DNA from: Eubacteriales bacterium
Lineage (GTDB): Bacteria; Bacillota; Clostridia; Oscillospirales; CAG-272
Direction: 5' to 3'
DNA: 64,000 nucleotides
NCBI GenBank assembly: GCA_045603085.1
Contig: JAZULL010000033.1
Span: 2,096-66,095, forward strand
The notes below the pieces were generated by a model. It had not been told where the DNA came from and ran no database searches. It saw only the letters and a program-made list of their open reading frames with translations. Numbering within the stretch: the stretch's first letter is position 1; the number at the start of each line of letters is the position of its first letter. This document shows positions 62,782 to 64,000 of this stretch, one piece after another. The translations under genes and the position numbers were made by a program.

Positions 62782-63948
62782 ATGGCAGAAAAAATGGATG
62801 CTCAACTTGATTACAAGAATCAAAAGAACGACGTTGTTATCGACACGAACAGAAAGCTGAGAATCGGTATCATCGGTTGCGGCTGGATCGCAGGTGCACA
62901 TCTGGATTCCTACAAGAGAATGCCCGACGTTGAGATCGTGGCAGGCTGTGACCTCATCCCCGGCAAGGCTGCCAAGTTCTTCAAGGACGGCGGCGTTGAG
63001 GGCGTCAAGACCGACTACGCTTCCCATAAGGAAATGCTGGACGACGAGTCGCTGCAGCTGGACGCAGTTTCTGTCTGCACCTACAACCGTCAGCATGCCG
63101 AGCCCTCCATCTATGCGCTCAAGAAGGGTATTCACGTTATGCTGGAGAAGCCCTTTACCGTCACGCTGGACGAGGCCATTGAGGTCATGAAGGCAGAGAA
63201 GGAAAGTGGAAAGATCCTGTCCATCGGCTTCCAGCCCAGACTGGATGCCAATATGCAGATGATCAAGAAGATCGTCGAGAGCGGCGAGCTGGGTAAGGTT
63301 TACTACATCCAGACCGGCGGCGGCAGACGCAGAGGTATCCCCACCCCCTTCGGCACCACCTTTATCGAGGACAAGACCGCGGGCCTGGGCGCACTGGCTG
63401 ATATCGGCTGCTACTCGCTGGATATGGTGCTCAACGCAGTCGGCTATCCCAAGCCCCTGACCGTTACCGGCTATAAGAGCGATTTCTTCGGTAAGGATCC
63501 CACCACTTATCCCGGTCATCCCGAGTATGCCGATCTGTTCGGCGTTGACGATTTCGCAGCAGCGTTTGTCAGACTCGAGGGCGGTATCATTCTGGATTTC
63601 CGTATTGCCTGGGCAATGAACATCAATACCCCCGGCGATACCATCATTCTGGGTACCAAGGCCGGCCTGCGCATTCCTTCCACCGACTGCTGGAACGGCT
63701 CTGTCGGCGGCCCCATGAAGATCTACAAGACCATCGGCGGCGTGGATATGGAATATGAAGTACCGATCATCAACGATAACGGCAACTTGTTTGATAAGAA
63801 GATCCGTTCCTTCCTGGATGCCATCAAGGAGGGTAAGCCCGCTCCCGTTCCGTCCTCTCAGATCGTTTACAACCAGGCGATCCTGGACGGCATTGCACGT
63901 TCTGCAAAGCTGGGCAGAGAAATCAAGCTGCAGATCCCCAAGATCTGA
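62782..63948 (+). CDS. Gfo/Idh/MocA-family NAD(P)-dependent oxidoreductase
   Basis: LRIGIIGCGWIAGAH Rossmann start and an EKP motif (MLEKPFT). Length 388 aa. Confidence 0.85.
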   Translation: MAEKMDAQLDYKNQKNDVVIDTNRKLRIGIIGCGWIAGAHLDSYKRMPDVEIVAGCDLIPGKAAKFFKDGGVEGVKTDYASHKEMLDDESLQLDAVSVCTYNRQHAEPSIYALKKGIHVMLEKPFTVTLDEAIEVMKAEKESGKILSIGFQPRLDANMQMIKKIVESGELGKVYYIQTGGGRRRGIPTPFGTTFIEDKTAGLGALADIGCYSLDMVLNAVGYPKPLTVTGYKSDFFGKDPTTYPGHPEYADLFGVDDFAAAFVRLEGGIILDFRIAWAMNINTPGDTIILGTKAGLRIPSTDCWNGSVGGPMKIYKTIGGVDMEYEVPIINDNGNLFDKKIRSFLDAIKEGKPAPVPSSQIVYNQAILDGIARSAKLGREIKLQIPKI

Positions 63949-63972
63949 TGAATTTTCGCCTTTTGTGCAAAA

Positions 63973-64000
63973 AGTGCCGTACGCGAGAGCGTACGGCACT
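63973..64000 (+). terminator. Terminator hairpin at the window edge; the downstream tract is not visible
   Basis: AGTGCCGTACGC-gaga-GCGTACGGCACT, a 12-bp perfect stem. Confidence 0.55.

Overview
64-kb chromosomal window from a moderately GC-rich Firmicute. I infer Clostridia, probably Oscillospiraceae/Ruminococcaceae-like, from gene content, Gram-positive RBSs and TTGnnn-17-TGnTATAAT promoters. No database search was possible. Layout, left to right: (1) an ABC substrate-binding gene truncated by the window edge, with a divergent LysR regulator. (2) A 12.1-kb gene for a ~4040-aa surface protein with a GLUG-like head, BspA-type leucine-rich repeats, five tandem 240-bp Cys-rich modules and a C-terminal membrane anchor. 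(3) An AT-richer 6.6-kb locus with three paralogous vWA/MIDAS genes, each with its own promoter, the 3' stub of a fourth copy, a PP2C phosphatase with a long helical tail, and a Hanks-type Ser/Thr kinase with two C-terminal PWPEH repeats. This is a TerY-P-like (vWA-phosphatase-kinase) module with an expanded architecture, and it is my best candidate for the undescribed system. (4) An alpha/beta hydrolase and a PP-loop amidotransferase-like/EFR1 ferredoxin pair. (5) A low-GC 2.2-kb patchwork islet bounded by inverted 25-nt copies of the tRNA-Ser(GCU) 3' end. It holds a four-helix-bundle gene, small membrane proteins, iteron-like repeats and a 36-bp perfect inverted repeat flanking a 141-aa ORF. 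(6) Two cytosolic carbohydrate-active-like genes, prfC, a YdjGHI-like SPFH/zinc-ribbon/TPM membrane module, an esterase-condensation fusion, ymdB, a CPBP protease, asnA and a DAG-kinase-like gene. (7) A ZTP (pfl) riboswitch followed by a ~14.5-kb purine/one-carbon operon: purE, Cys-less purF-like, purM, FNT channel, purN, PurO-like, AICARFT, purD, purL, guaB, fhs. (8) An ECF S-component, coaX, an HTH regulator, an M14 peptidase, a sugar-phosphate isomerase and a Gfo/Idh/MocA oxidoreductase. Several convergent intergenic regions also carry an unusual repeat family: arrays of short GC hairpins alternating with conserved 8-9-nt AT-rich words. Many long ORFs in the supplied track are codon-aligned antisense shadows and were rejected.
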